A model generated the notes under the pieces. That model was not told the origin of the DNA, did no database searches, and was given only the letters and a program-made list of their open reading frames with translations. A DNA stretch of 64,000 bases from Corallochytrium limacisporum Hawaii (Eukaryota; Protista; Pluriformea): NCBI GenBank assembly GCA_002811645.1, contig PDIP01000034.1, positions 62,001 to 126,000 of the forward strand. The letters are read 5' to 3'. Made by a program: the position numbers and the translations under genes. Position 1 is the stretch's first letter. Each line of letters starts with the position of its first letter. This document shows, piece by piece, positions 54,661 to 64,000 of this stretch.

Positions 54661-57600
54661 GTTTGTAGCCTTCGCAAGAAAAGAGAGGGGGCTTGCGTGC
54701 TCCGTCTTTGGTTTTCCTGCGAGCGCCCGGGCGGAGTGTGCCTTTAATTTTTCTCTCGAAACTCCGGCTCCGCGGCACCTTAAGCGTGAGTGGGTGGAGA
54801 ACTGTGCGGTTTGCAACTCCCGCCTGTGCACCGCCGCGGTGGTCCAGTGAGTACGTGTTAATACGCCCACAGCAGGACATCAGAACGGGCATGTAGGCAT
54901 GGCATCCCAAACAATGACACAAACACAGAGGGAGCATCGGAAACGTACCATACACGCATGCAAACACACACACACAGAGTGACAGCGAACACCCCAGGGT
55001 AGAGATTGGAGCTGAGAAACCGGTTCCCAAGAAAACAAGGACACAGGGACGACGGAGGAGAGAGCACCGCAACACACCGGTGACAACGAGAGGAGCATTC
55101 ATTCTGCACACAGGAAAACCTTCACTGTTGTGTGTCTACGTGTGTGTGTGTGTGTATGTGGGAGAGAGTAGTGTGGGTGTGGAAGAAACGGTGGGAGGTG
55201 TCCCTTTTTGCTTTACCCCCCGTTGTGCAAGTGATGATGACAACACAGACAGGGTCGTCCTCCACTGCTTCCGTCCTTTCAACCAACCACCGCCAGCAGC
55301 AGAGGCAGCAGCAGCAGAGAGATGTGATCCTCCTCCACCACCCCCTCTTCGCCCGTTTTCGTTGGCCCCTTTGTGCTGTGTGGTACAGACACACCACCGC
55401 CACCTCCATTGGTTCCCATTTATTAACGAACTCCTTTACAAGAGGGACTTTTGATGATGATCATCATGCATGATGATGATGGTGATGATGATGACGATGA
55501 GCAGCAGCAGCAGCAGCAGCCGCCGCAGCCGCAGCATCATGCATGTATGGATGGGTTCGGTTGGGGTTTGTCTATCAACACACAACAAATATTCCCAGCT
55601 CTCACTAAGAACGAAGGTAAAAACGACGGAGGAGGAGAGGAGCGACACCGGCGGTCAGGGGGGAGGGGGAGAGAAGGAGGGGAATGAAAACAGGCACAAT
55701 TTTTTTTAACATGTTTGGAAAGACCGATAGGCGACAAGAGAGAGACAGGGGGCGAGGTTAAGGCGGAACAGCCACAGAGAGAGAGAGAGAGAGAGAAACA
55801 GAGAGAGTTGCGTTGCGTGTTTTGTGTGTGCCTTTTTGCTGCTGACTTGGCCAAAGCACACACACACACACACACGCACGTAGCCTCAGCATGCCCTCCT
55901 GGCCCCTCTACTGTCCGGCTGAAATGTTCGTTTTGTACGCGCAAGCGAGTTTTCTGTTTTGGGCCTCTCTCACTCTCTCTCTGTGTCGCTCCTGCTCAAA
56001 AGCCGCCCGGCTCTGTGTGTGTGCGTGTGTGTGCTCTGCCGACGGTGCCATTCATTCAAAATCGCGGGTTTTTGGGTGATTTCTGCGAAACCCTTACTCT
56101 CTCCTGGTGCCTGTGTCGTTGTGTACTGGACGAACTCTTAGAACTCTCACTCTCTCTCTCTGTTGGGGGGGGGGATGATGAAATCCCACTCGCCAGTTCC
56201 ACCAAAACCCAACCCCCGAACACCGGGCCAAAAAAAAAATGTGAGAGAGAGAGAACATTGAGCAAAAAATGGGAGAAAAGAGGGAGCAGATGCTGCACTG
56301 GCCCCGTACGGACGCAAACCAAACCCAAGAAAAAATAGTAGAAAATACAAAAAAAAATGAAAAAAATGAAAACCAATTAAACCCCCCAAAAGACAACACA
56401 CACACTCAACCAAGTAATTGATGGCAGCAGTAGTTGTTCGTAGATAGTAAGTAGTAGACTTGGTGGTGGTGGGATAGAACCAATAGAACACTACTACTGC
56501 GAATTAAAAGGTAATTGGAAGACAATCAATCAAAGAATAAAAGAAAAGGAAATCAAGGAAGAAGAGATGAATTTTGGGCCCAGACAAATCCCCCGCCTGC
56601 TAAAAGTGGGGTGAAGTCAGAGAGTTAACGTTCCTTTTTCCTTTATATTTTCCCCTTTGTAACAAGAATTGGTGTTCTTTGCTTTTTTTTTCCTCTTGGG
56701 CTGTGTGTGTGCTCTTTTTGCTTTTTTGCCTTGGGTGCCTTGCTTTGCTTTTACTTTGCTTTGCTTTCACGGGCGAGGTGGGTGTCCAACCAGCCCCGCT
56801 GTATCACACTCTTGTGCCTCCTCCCTCCCCCCTCTCTTTGCCGCCGCCGTGGTTCGGGGTCTGCTGATGGTTTATTTTTCGGGCCGCCAATTCTGCCGAA
56901 CATACGCACACTCCCCGGGTCTCCCTCGCCCTCTCTCTGTACCTGTTTTCCTTGCTTACCTGTGGTGTCACCGCATAGTTCATGCTTACTGGCGCTACTG
57001 AATCTGTGGATGGAAGGCGATAACAAAAAAAAACAATAACCACCAACCCCTCCCTTTCTCGCCAAAAAGAAAAATTAACTCAACAACAACAACCAAGAAA
57101 AAAAGCCAAATAGAAATACCCGAGTCTTTTGTATAGCCCGCCGAGAGAGAGAGAGAGCACAGCGAGTAGGGACGCGTGCAAGGGGATCGGCTTTGGTTGT
57201 AGATCATTGTCACCGTAAGAAAAACCAAAGAAAGAGGGGGAAAACTTCTAATCAGTCCTTCGCCATCAGCAAACTTGCGTGATTTTTCAAGTTTTTCTTT
57301 GTATTTTTTATTGGGGTTTTTGACAGCCTTCTCCCCGGGGGGGAGTAGTCCTCCAAGAAGAAGGAAGGAACGAACACACACAACACACGCACTTGCGTAC
57401 TAACTACTACCAATACCCTTCGGTAGCGGCCAAATTGTGCAGAGTTTGAGGGAGGGGGGGGTGGTGGACAAACCCTCTCCCCCACCCAACACTGAGAGAA
57501 CACGAGGCTTTGGGGCCGACGAATTTTACGAACGACCGGCGGAGGAGGGAGGCAAGAGAAGTACCAGTGCTGCTGCTGCTGCTGGTCTTTGACGTGGGAT

Positions 57601-58200
57601 TATGACTAACCTTTTCGGCGGTGGGTGATTAGCACCCCAGTCCCAAAAAATGAAATTCAAAAAGGGGAAATGGGGGAAAAAGTGAGAAACCCCCCTCTCC
57701 CCAGACACCAAATTTCGTACCTGCCAGTGTCCCCAAACATACCACACCACACACTCTCTCTCTCTCTTTCTTTATCTATCTAACCCCTTCTTCACACACC
57801 GCACAACATTCCTTTGGTCCCCTCCCCCCGGGGGAGAAGGGGGAGGGGGGGGGGCCAGAGAAATTAGAAATCCCGGCCAGGAAAATTAGGCGATGCCGCG
57901 GCGTTAGAGAAAGGAAAGAAAGGAAGGGCAAAAAGAAAAGAGTGAGAACAACAGAAGAGGAGAGGGGAGGGGAAGTGGCTGGTAAAGGGCCCAGGCGAAC
58001 CAGTACCGAACGGAGCTTTTTATTTGTCTTGTCTTCTCTGTCTTCCATTCTCTCAACTTTTGGCTTTTTCCATTTTTTTTCCCTTTCAATTTTCTCCCCT
58101 TTTTTCCCTTGGGCCCTTTCTTCTCTCTTTTCGTTGTGGTGAGAGGCCGGGGAAGGCCCCTCACGCCTGGGGCGGAGTGGAGGATTTTTCGGAGCTTCAA
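52790..58200. repeat. Low-complexity intergenic region dense in (GA)n, (CA)n, (CAG)n, (GAT)n and homopolymer tracts
   Basis: Examples at 53310-53400, 53460-53478, 54318-54345, 54614-54660, 55452-55535 and 55777-55795; ORFs here are low-complexity artefacts. Confidence 0.9.
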
Positions 58201-58694
58201 TTTTTATATTTCCGTATATTATTATCAGTCCACTATTCCTTGTTTATAATATTAGATATGAGGGTGCTGTGGGATGATTGCATAATAAGTATATTGAATC
58301 TCTCCAATGTTCAGAGGTCTTGTCAGTCCGGACGCGGAGAGGAATTCATCTAGATAGCGGATACAATAGCGGATACAATTGATGATGACTATCCCATCCA
58401 TCAACATGCACTTGCATGATTGGAAAAAGACCTGGTATGATTTCTTGCGGACACGCTATCAAGTTCTTAATGTGTAAACAATCGAATAACCCTTTTTAAT
58501 TGTGAATAGGAAAACAGGTGGGTTCTCACATGTCGGGACCGGAAACCCACAGGAGCTGAAAAAGTGCTGATCAGTGCCATTGCCATGAGCACCATAGGAT
58601 TTCCGAGGTGCAATGATTATCTTGTCCTTTCCTTCTTCTCCTCCATTCATGAATAGTCGGTTGCTGGATGTTTCAGTGTCACTATCACTAATTT

Positions 58695-61079
58695 CTAGCC
58701 AGATCGCAAATACTTGAATTCGTGCCGACTCAAAATGTGCTCCAGATCCGGGTCCGCAAAAAAGATCCGGTGCATGTCCAGGAGAATGGTACGCAGGGTG
58801 TCGTGAAACTTGTCCACGTCAGTTTCACTGCTGCGTGTGAAGGCTGTAAGATGGAACCAGAGTCGGTCCTCCGCAACAATGTACGCGCAGCCGTATCCGT
58901 CCTCGTCCTGGGGACTGAAGCCACCGCCGAGGGTGCCGAATGCCGGAGTCTGTGATGTGGACAGGCGGAAGGGTAGGTTGTATGCAGTGTCCGTGAACAT
59001 TGCCGGACTCTCTACCCCCGCCGACGCGGCCAGGATCTGCAGACCCATGAGGTGCCGGTCAAAACCTTCACCGTTTGTGGCGAGGCGCATATTGCGCGCG
59101 TGGGCACTGGATGCTTCTTTGAGTAGATTCAGGCGCTCGTAGTCGCTCACTCCGGGTTCCTCCATGGCCTGGCAAAAGGCTGCAAGTTCCGGCGTGAGGC
59201 TTCGGACAGTTTCGGTGCGGCCATGGTGGAAGGAAATGGTGGCCGCAGATTCATAGGTGAGGGTCAGGCTGCCATGGAGGCGGTAGTAGGTCAGTTGCAG
59301 CGCGGCCTGGCAGAAGGCATCCGGACTGACCCGGACGCCCTTGATAATGTTCTTGCCAAAGGTATTGAACTGCAGTACCTTACCCTGGACCACGCGCGTG
59401 AGTTCCATGAGCCGCTTGTGGGCCCGGTGGATCGATTGCCGGATAGGCGGGGTTAGGTGCCACTTGAGTTCGGACAGGACGCCAGCATCATCAAAGACAA
59501 TCGAATTATCTACTGTAAAGTCACTGCCCGACTCGATACTAAAAGCAAATTCCGTCATGTAGATCATGATCAGTGGGTCGCACCACGTGTGGTCGACATT
59601 CATCACCAGTCGCCCGTTACCGAAAAAGACAATGTTGAAGTTCTTGTCAAACCAGAGGGCACGACCCTCGCGATGCATAGCCAGGCGCTGCATATCTTCG
59701 ACATCTTCCGGACACTCGTCGTCGAGGACCACCACAAAGAGCGCGCTTTCGATAGCGTCCAGCGTATCGTGGTTGGTCTTGTCCACGGACAACAGTGACT
59801 TGCGCATTTTTGCCCATTCGCTGCGATTGCCCGAGGTCAAGGCCGCAACGGGATACGTCTTGGAATTTCCATTCGATCGACGATGCCTGGCCACGTTCTT
59901 CTTGATCTTCTCCAATTCGAATCGAATCTCCCGGTTCGTTAGCTGCGTGCCGTCAGAGTGCCACAGGTTCAAACGGAAATAGTTCTCTTCGTAGATTACC
60001 ACAATGTGACGGCTGTTGGAGTACGTCACCAGGTAATCTTGGGGGTCATCCGGAATACGAACGGTGCCAAAGATCCGGCTGAACTGCCACATACACAGAG
60101 GGATCGTTCCTTGAACGCGGTTCGGTTCCAGCTGTTCCGTATCGACCAGGCGCTTGTACTTAAGAATGGCCGTGATCATATTGGCAGCCCGACTTGTCTG
60201 GTTCCGGACCACGGGTTCGATGCGGTCCAGGCAGTACCAATTTGAGTAGATCGGCAGCGGCGTCCTCGACCCGAGATAGACAATATTTTCCCACCAATCC
60301 AGCAGCCAGGACGTGGTACTTTGCCTCGCCCGTTGCTGCAGCGCCCGCTGCAGCTGCTTGCCCACGCCTACCCGGAACTCCTCCACTCGCTCCTTGGTCA
60401 TAGAGTACTCTTCCGGTCGGAGCAAAGGTTTCACACTAGTCAGGTATCGGTCCAAAGATTCATTTAGATTGGGCACCGGCAGCGCAGGGAGAGCAGGCTG
60501 CAGTTCCCAAAGCTTGGGTTGCGGGCCCCCAAGCATGCGCGCAAGTGTCAGGTGGATGCGCGCAGACCAGGAATTCGGGGCGTAGACCCACCGCCGGTAC
60601 ATGAGCAGGAGCCGGAGTAGGTGCAGTCGGATCCAGAGTAGGGCCGTGACCGCAATGCCAAAGACCCAGTTGATGGCACTGGTGGCAATGGCCCTGGGCA
60701 GTCCAAAGCAGAGGGCTCCTATCAGGCCAAAGATGGTCCACAGTGGCCGCAGGGGCCCCACCTCACCGGTTGGTGGCGATGACATTGTGCTCAAGGTGGA
60801 TGTGTTCTGGTTTGGTTCTTTTCTTAGTTCTGGGTGTTGGTGACCAATGGGAGGTGCTGAAGATGACCGAGTACCAGTAGCAACAGAGGTGTTGGGCCTG
60901 CTTGTGTTCCGCGGTCCTGGATGATAATTGTGTCTTGCTATGGAAGAGCCTGGACGCTGTCGGTGATGATGGCGAGAATGATGCTGATGGTGGATATGGT
61001 GATGCTGACGATGCTCGTGGTGGTAGTGCGGGCGGGACGTGGCGTGCAGATCGCTATGGGACTGAAGTATACTAAACAT
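58695..61079 (-). CDS. CPT1: Carnitine O-palmitoyltransferase 1-like carnitine acyltransferase
   Basis: Two N-terminal TM helices, LPALPVP, WLLDWWE, WFDKNF, DHTWCD (catalytic His), TYESA, GRTETVRS, GFDRHL and LSTSQTP. Alternative start at 60785. Confidence 0.9.
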   Translation of the reverse strand: MFSILQSHSDLHATSRPHYHHEHRQHHHIHHQHHSRHHHRQRPGSSIARHNYHPGPRNTSRPNTSVATGTRSSSAPPIGHQHPELRKEPNQNTSTLSTMSSPPTGEVGPLRPLWTIFGLIGALCFGLPRAIATSAINWVFGIAVTALLWIRLHLLRLLLMYRRWVYAPNSWSARIHLTLARMLGGPQPKLWELQPALPALPVPNLNESLDRYLTSVKPLLRPEEYSMTKERVEEFRVGVGKQLQRALQQRARQSTTSWLLDWWENIVYLGSRTPLPIYSNWYCLDRIEPVVRNQTSRAANMITAILKYKRLVDTEQLEPNRVQGTIPLCMWQFSRIFGTVRIPDDPQDYLVTYSNSRHIVVIYEENYFRLNLWHSDGTQLTNREIRFELEKIKKNVARHRRSNGNSKTYPVAALTSGNRSEWAKMRKSLLSVDKTNHDTLDAIESALFVVVLDDECPEDVEDMQRLAMHREGRALWFDKNFNIVFFGNGRLVMNVDHTWCDPLIMIYMTEFAFSIESGSDFTVDNSIVFDDAGVLSELKWHLTPPIRQSIHRAHKRLMELTRVVQGKVLQFNTFGKNIIKGVRVSPDAFCQAALQLTYYRLHGSLTLTYESAATISFHHGRTETVRSLTPELAAFCQAMEEPGVSDYERLNLLKEASSAHARNMRLATNGEGFDRHLMGLQILAASAGVESPAMFTDTAYNLPFRLSTSQTPAFGTLGGGFSPQDEDGYGCAYIVAEDRLWFHLTAFTRSSETDVDKFHDTLRTILLDMHRIFFADPDLEHILSRHEFKYLRSG

Positions 61080-64000
61080 GTACTAATCGAAGTTCCTCCC
61101 GGGACGTCCTTCTGTCTGGTTTAAGTGTACTAGCCTCTATCAATTCTCTTACGGAGATCCCCGTCTTGGATGGGGTCCGCTTTATGCCATCATGACTATT
61201 CTTTTCCCGCTGTCGTGTCTCTCTCTCTCTTTTGGTGCGTGATTTGCCTCGTTTGTTGCAGTAGTCTCCTTCTTTTTCCCGAGTTCAGCCTTGTTCGCGG
61301 TAGAAGTAATCTTGCAATCGTACCCCGACTGCTATTCGTCCGCCTTTCTCTCTTTACACGGTGAACATATCAAGCATGGTACGAAATACTAACAGGATGT
61401 GTCAGGTGTCGCCTTCGACCTCGATCATTGAACGTCTGGATACGAAACATTGCAAATGAATACGACCTGTGCGCTTGAAGTACCATTGCATTCTTGAACA
61501 GCAGCCACGTCTCCTGCTCTCCCCACTCTCTCTCTCTCTCTCCACTTTTCTTGCCGGTACCCCCCCCCTCTCTCACTCAACTCGCTGTCATGTTTAATAT
61601 TGCGCGCTAAGAATAAAGCAACCGGATCAGAGGCGTGCACGATCGGAACAACAATGCGTGAATTGTCGGAATTCTCAATATGCCAACACACACCCACGCA
61701 CACTGGGGAAGCAGGGGGGGGCGAGGGGGGTGTCTTTGCCACTCGGGTCGACAGTTCGTTCCGTGGTTACAAGTCATTCATTCTCCAATGTGAACGAACT
61801 TCCCCGCTTTTCCCTGGCCCGTTGACCTCCAGCCACCTTGCCGTACGCTCTGGACCTCGAGGCGGGCAGAACCGCGTCATGATAGGTCCACATAAGCACA
61901 TGCACAGACATACTGAGCTGGTTGATGTCACAGTTTCTTTGGTGAATGATCTTTCAACGAACGAATTTAGGGAAACGAACGAAAAAAAAAGTTAGTGATT
62001 TATGCTCCCCTCGCGGACGTCGAATCCTGCGGCAAAGAATCTGCAGCACCCGGATCCGGCACGGTTAGTCAATCGGTACGGTCCGTCCGTCCGTGCGTCC
62101 GTGCAGGCTCACTGCACACCGCACGGTGGCGAAGTGTAATTTAGACGTGGAAAGGACACACACACACACACACACCGTGTTGTTGCAAGATGATTTCGGG
62201 TCTCATCCCATCTCATCAGATCGCTCTTGCACTGCGATTAAACCTCCCCGGCGCACCTGGTACTGCGCTATCAAAAGACCCCGCATACCGCGAAAGTGAT
62301 CGCTAATCAGAACGACGGCGCTTACCACTGCCCTCAACTGAACACACCTTTGCACAATGTGGGCCCACGCTCTTCTACCGCAGGATGAAAGGAGCGGCAC
62401 GGTTGAGTTCTTACGATCGCATATGGCATGGCGATGGATGTTGAATGCGATGGCCCCCCTTCCCACTGTGGGTGGTAGCCACCTCGGGTGTCATTGTTTC
62501 GTGGTCGGCAACGACATGTCTCCTCTTTGGCCCACACAGCAGCACACACCGCAGTCACCGTACAGAAAGAAAGGAAAATCGGAACGTTGTAACCCGCGAT
62601 GCGTGTCCCCGCAATCAAACAGAGGGCAACAGGAGGAGATTAGCCGACGCAAAAAGCAAACGCAGGAAAAAAAAGGAAAAACACACCACAGGAAATTCGA
62701 TACCCGTCCTATACAAATACTGAATGTACCAAACAAAATTTACTATTTTCTGGAATCTGGGGCGGGTGGGGAGGTACTGGTGCGAGCTTGTGTGAATCAC
62801 GTGGCCTGCGAGCTGCTGAAACGCAAGGGGTCTTACGTTTTCCCGGCCCCCCCCTGCTCCCACATCCTCCTCCCTTCGGCAGCTTCCCTCTTTGGAGGGT
62901 CGTCCCCGGTTCTCAGTTCATTATGAATTTGGGTGCCGATTTTCCATGGAAACTTTCTTCTTTTTTTTTTTGGGTTGGTATGCCCTCCTGGCTCTTTCAC
63001 TCTCGATCTCTGCCGGTTCCCCGATTTTCCTCTTTTTCTTTTCTTTGGGTTGGTAGTTTTCCTTTTTGATACGGGCCAAGGCCAAGTGGCTTTTTCGACT
63101 GGACCGGGGTGGGGGGGGGGCCCGCGTTGAGGAAGGAACAATGACTCCTCCAAGTCCGCACCCTTTTTTTTTCGGCCCCCTCCCGGGGGGAGGGGGGAGC
63201 GGCGGGCAAATGGGGGGCCTCATTTTGCCGCTGGTTTGCGTCCCTCAACCCCAACTCCCTCCTTCTCATCACACTTCAGTCTCTGCTGTCCCCAGAAGAA
63301 ACGACCGGGTTTTCATCCGGTCTCGGTGCGATGATACTAAATGGCAGCGCATTGACAGGGGACGGCTAATATGGCTGCGAGTGGTTGGACCGTCCCCGCT
63401 GGCTTTTGCGCATTTCTCTATGCTGGTGGTTTTCTGAGGGTCCCACCGGCGGACAAACACCCCCCCGCGGGGGAGCTCAACACTGGCTCGTTCCTTGGTT
63501 CACTTCCCATTGTGCACGGAGACTGGGAGTCTAATTTCCCCGGCCCCGAACACCGACCCCCGGCGTCCGGTTGGTATTTAGTTTATTTAATGATCGGGAT
63601 GCGGTTAGGTTTCAGTTTTATTTTGGAAGGCGAGGCAAAAGGGGGGGGGCTGGAGCTGCGCTTGAAGAGCCACACAGTCTCCTCCAGGTCTCAGTGCGCT
63701 CTCCGGGTTCCCCCCCCCCTTGACGGGAGACCCAGTATTGGAGCGAAAACAATGAATGACTGCGAAGCTCCACTCAGGGTGTTGTGGTAGTACTTTGAGT
63801 ATCTTGCATTATTGAAATAGGGACCAGGAAGAACATAGGGTACTTAGATATACTGATGAAGAGTACCTCTGGACTGACATATGTATGCATGAATCTACTG
63901 GATTATTTTGGTTTGAACAACTCCCGGTGATTCCGCAGATCAGAGAGAGGCACTGTAGTCATGAAGGTCGCTTAGACTCGGGATAGGTAGTGAGCGACAT

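Noticed and set aside
55459-55476. Perfect palindrome ATCATCATGCATGATGAT
   Set aside because: It arises from adjacent (CAT)n and (GAT)n triplet repeats; no evidence of function.
52600-58350. Many 60-200 aa ORFs, including poly-D/poly-Q at 55451-55687
   Set aside because: They are translations of microsatellites with no domain content.
58342-58380. GAATTC and TCTAGA sites followed by ATAGCGGATACA twice, resembling the lac operator or M13 reverse primer (AGCGGATAACAATT)
   Set aside because: One base short of the operator with no vector flanks; best explained as a 12-bp tandem duplication.

Overview
Compact eukaryotic nuclear DNA with about 19 protein-coding genes whose coding regions are almost free of introns. 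In order: RAD17 (5' part), a bacterial-type EEP-domain protein, FCP1/CTDP1, MCM4, an HDHD5/CECR5-like HAD hydrolase, an ACSS3-like propionyl-CoA synthetase, a p24/TMED, a ZFAND2-like AN1 zinc-finger protein, SPTLC2/LCB2, an orphan 438-aa putative DNA-binding protein, two convergent type II membrane SGNH/PC-esterase-like proteins, a cytochrome b5-fused desaturase-like protein, BRF1, SAE1, an orphan two-exon gene, a PIG-H-like gene, an MSK-type dual-domain kinase and a CPT1-like carnitine acyltransferase. The animal-like MSK and CPT1, an axonemal dynein relic and the intronless CDSs suggest an intron-poor unicellular holozoan such as Corallochytrium; this is inference only. The most notable observations are: (1) candidate spliceosomal introns occur at most genes but almost only in the 5' UTR or first ~15 codons; (2) a frameshifted, internally deleted 3' fragment of an outer-arm axonemal dynein heavy chain; (3) an MSK whose C-terminal kinase has lost its activation segment; (4) a possible divergent KilA-N/APSES-like factor; (5) multi-kb microsatellite-rich leader regions found only at regulatory genes; (6) E2F-type motifs upstream of MCM4. 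No rRNA, tRNA or CRISPR was recognised. Assembly gaps lie at 24926-24930 and 33503-34277. All family assignments come from recalled motifs, not database searches.
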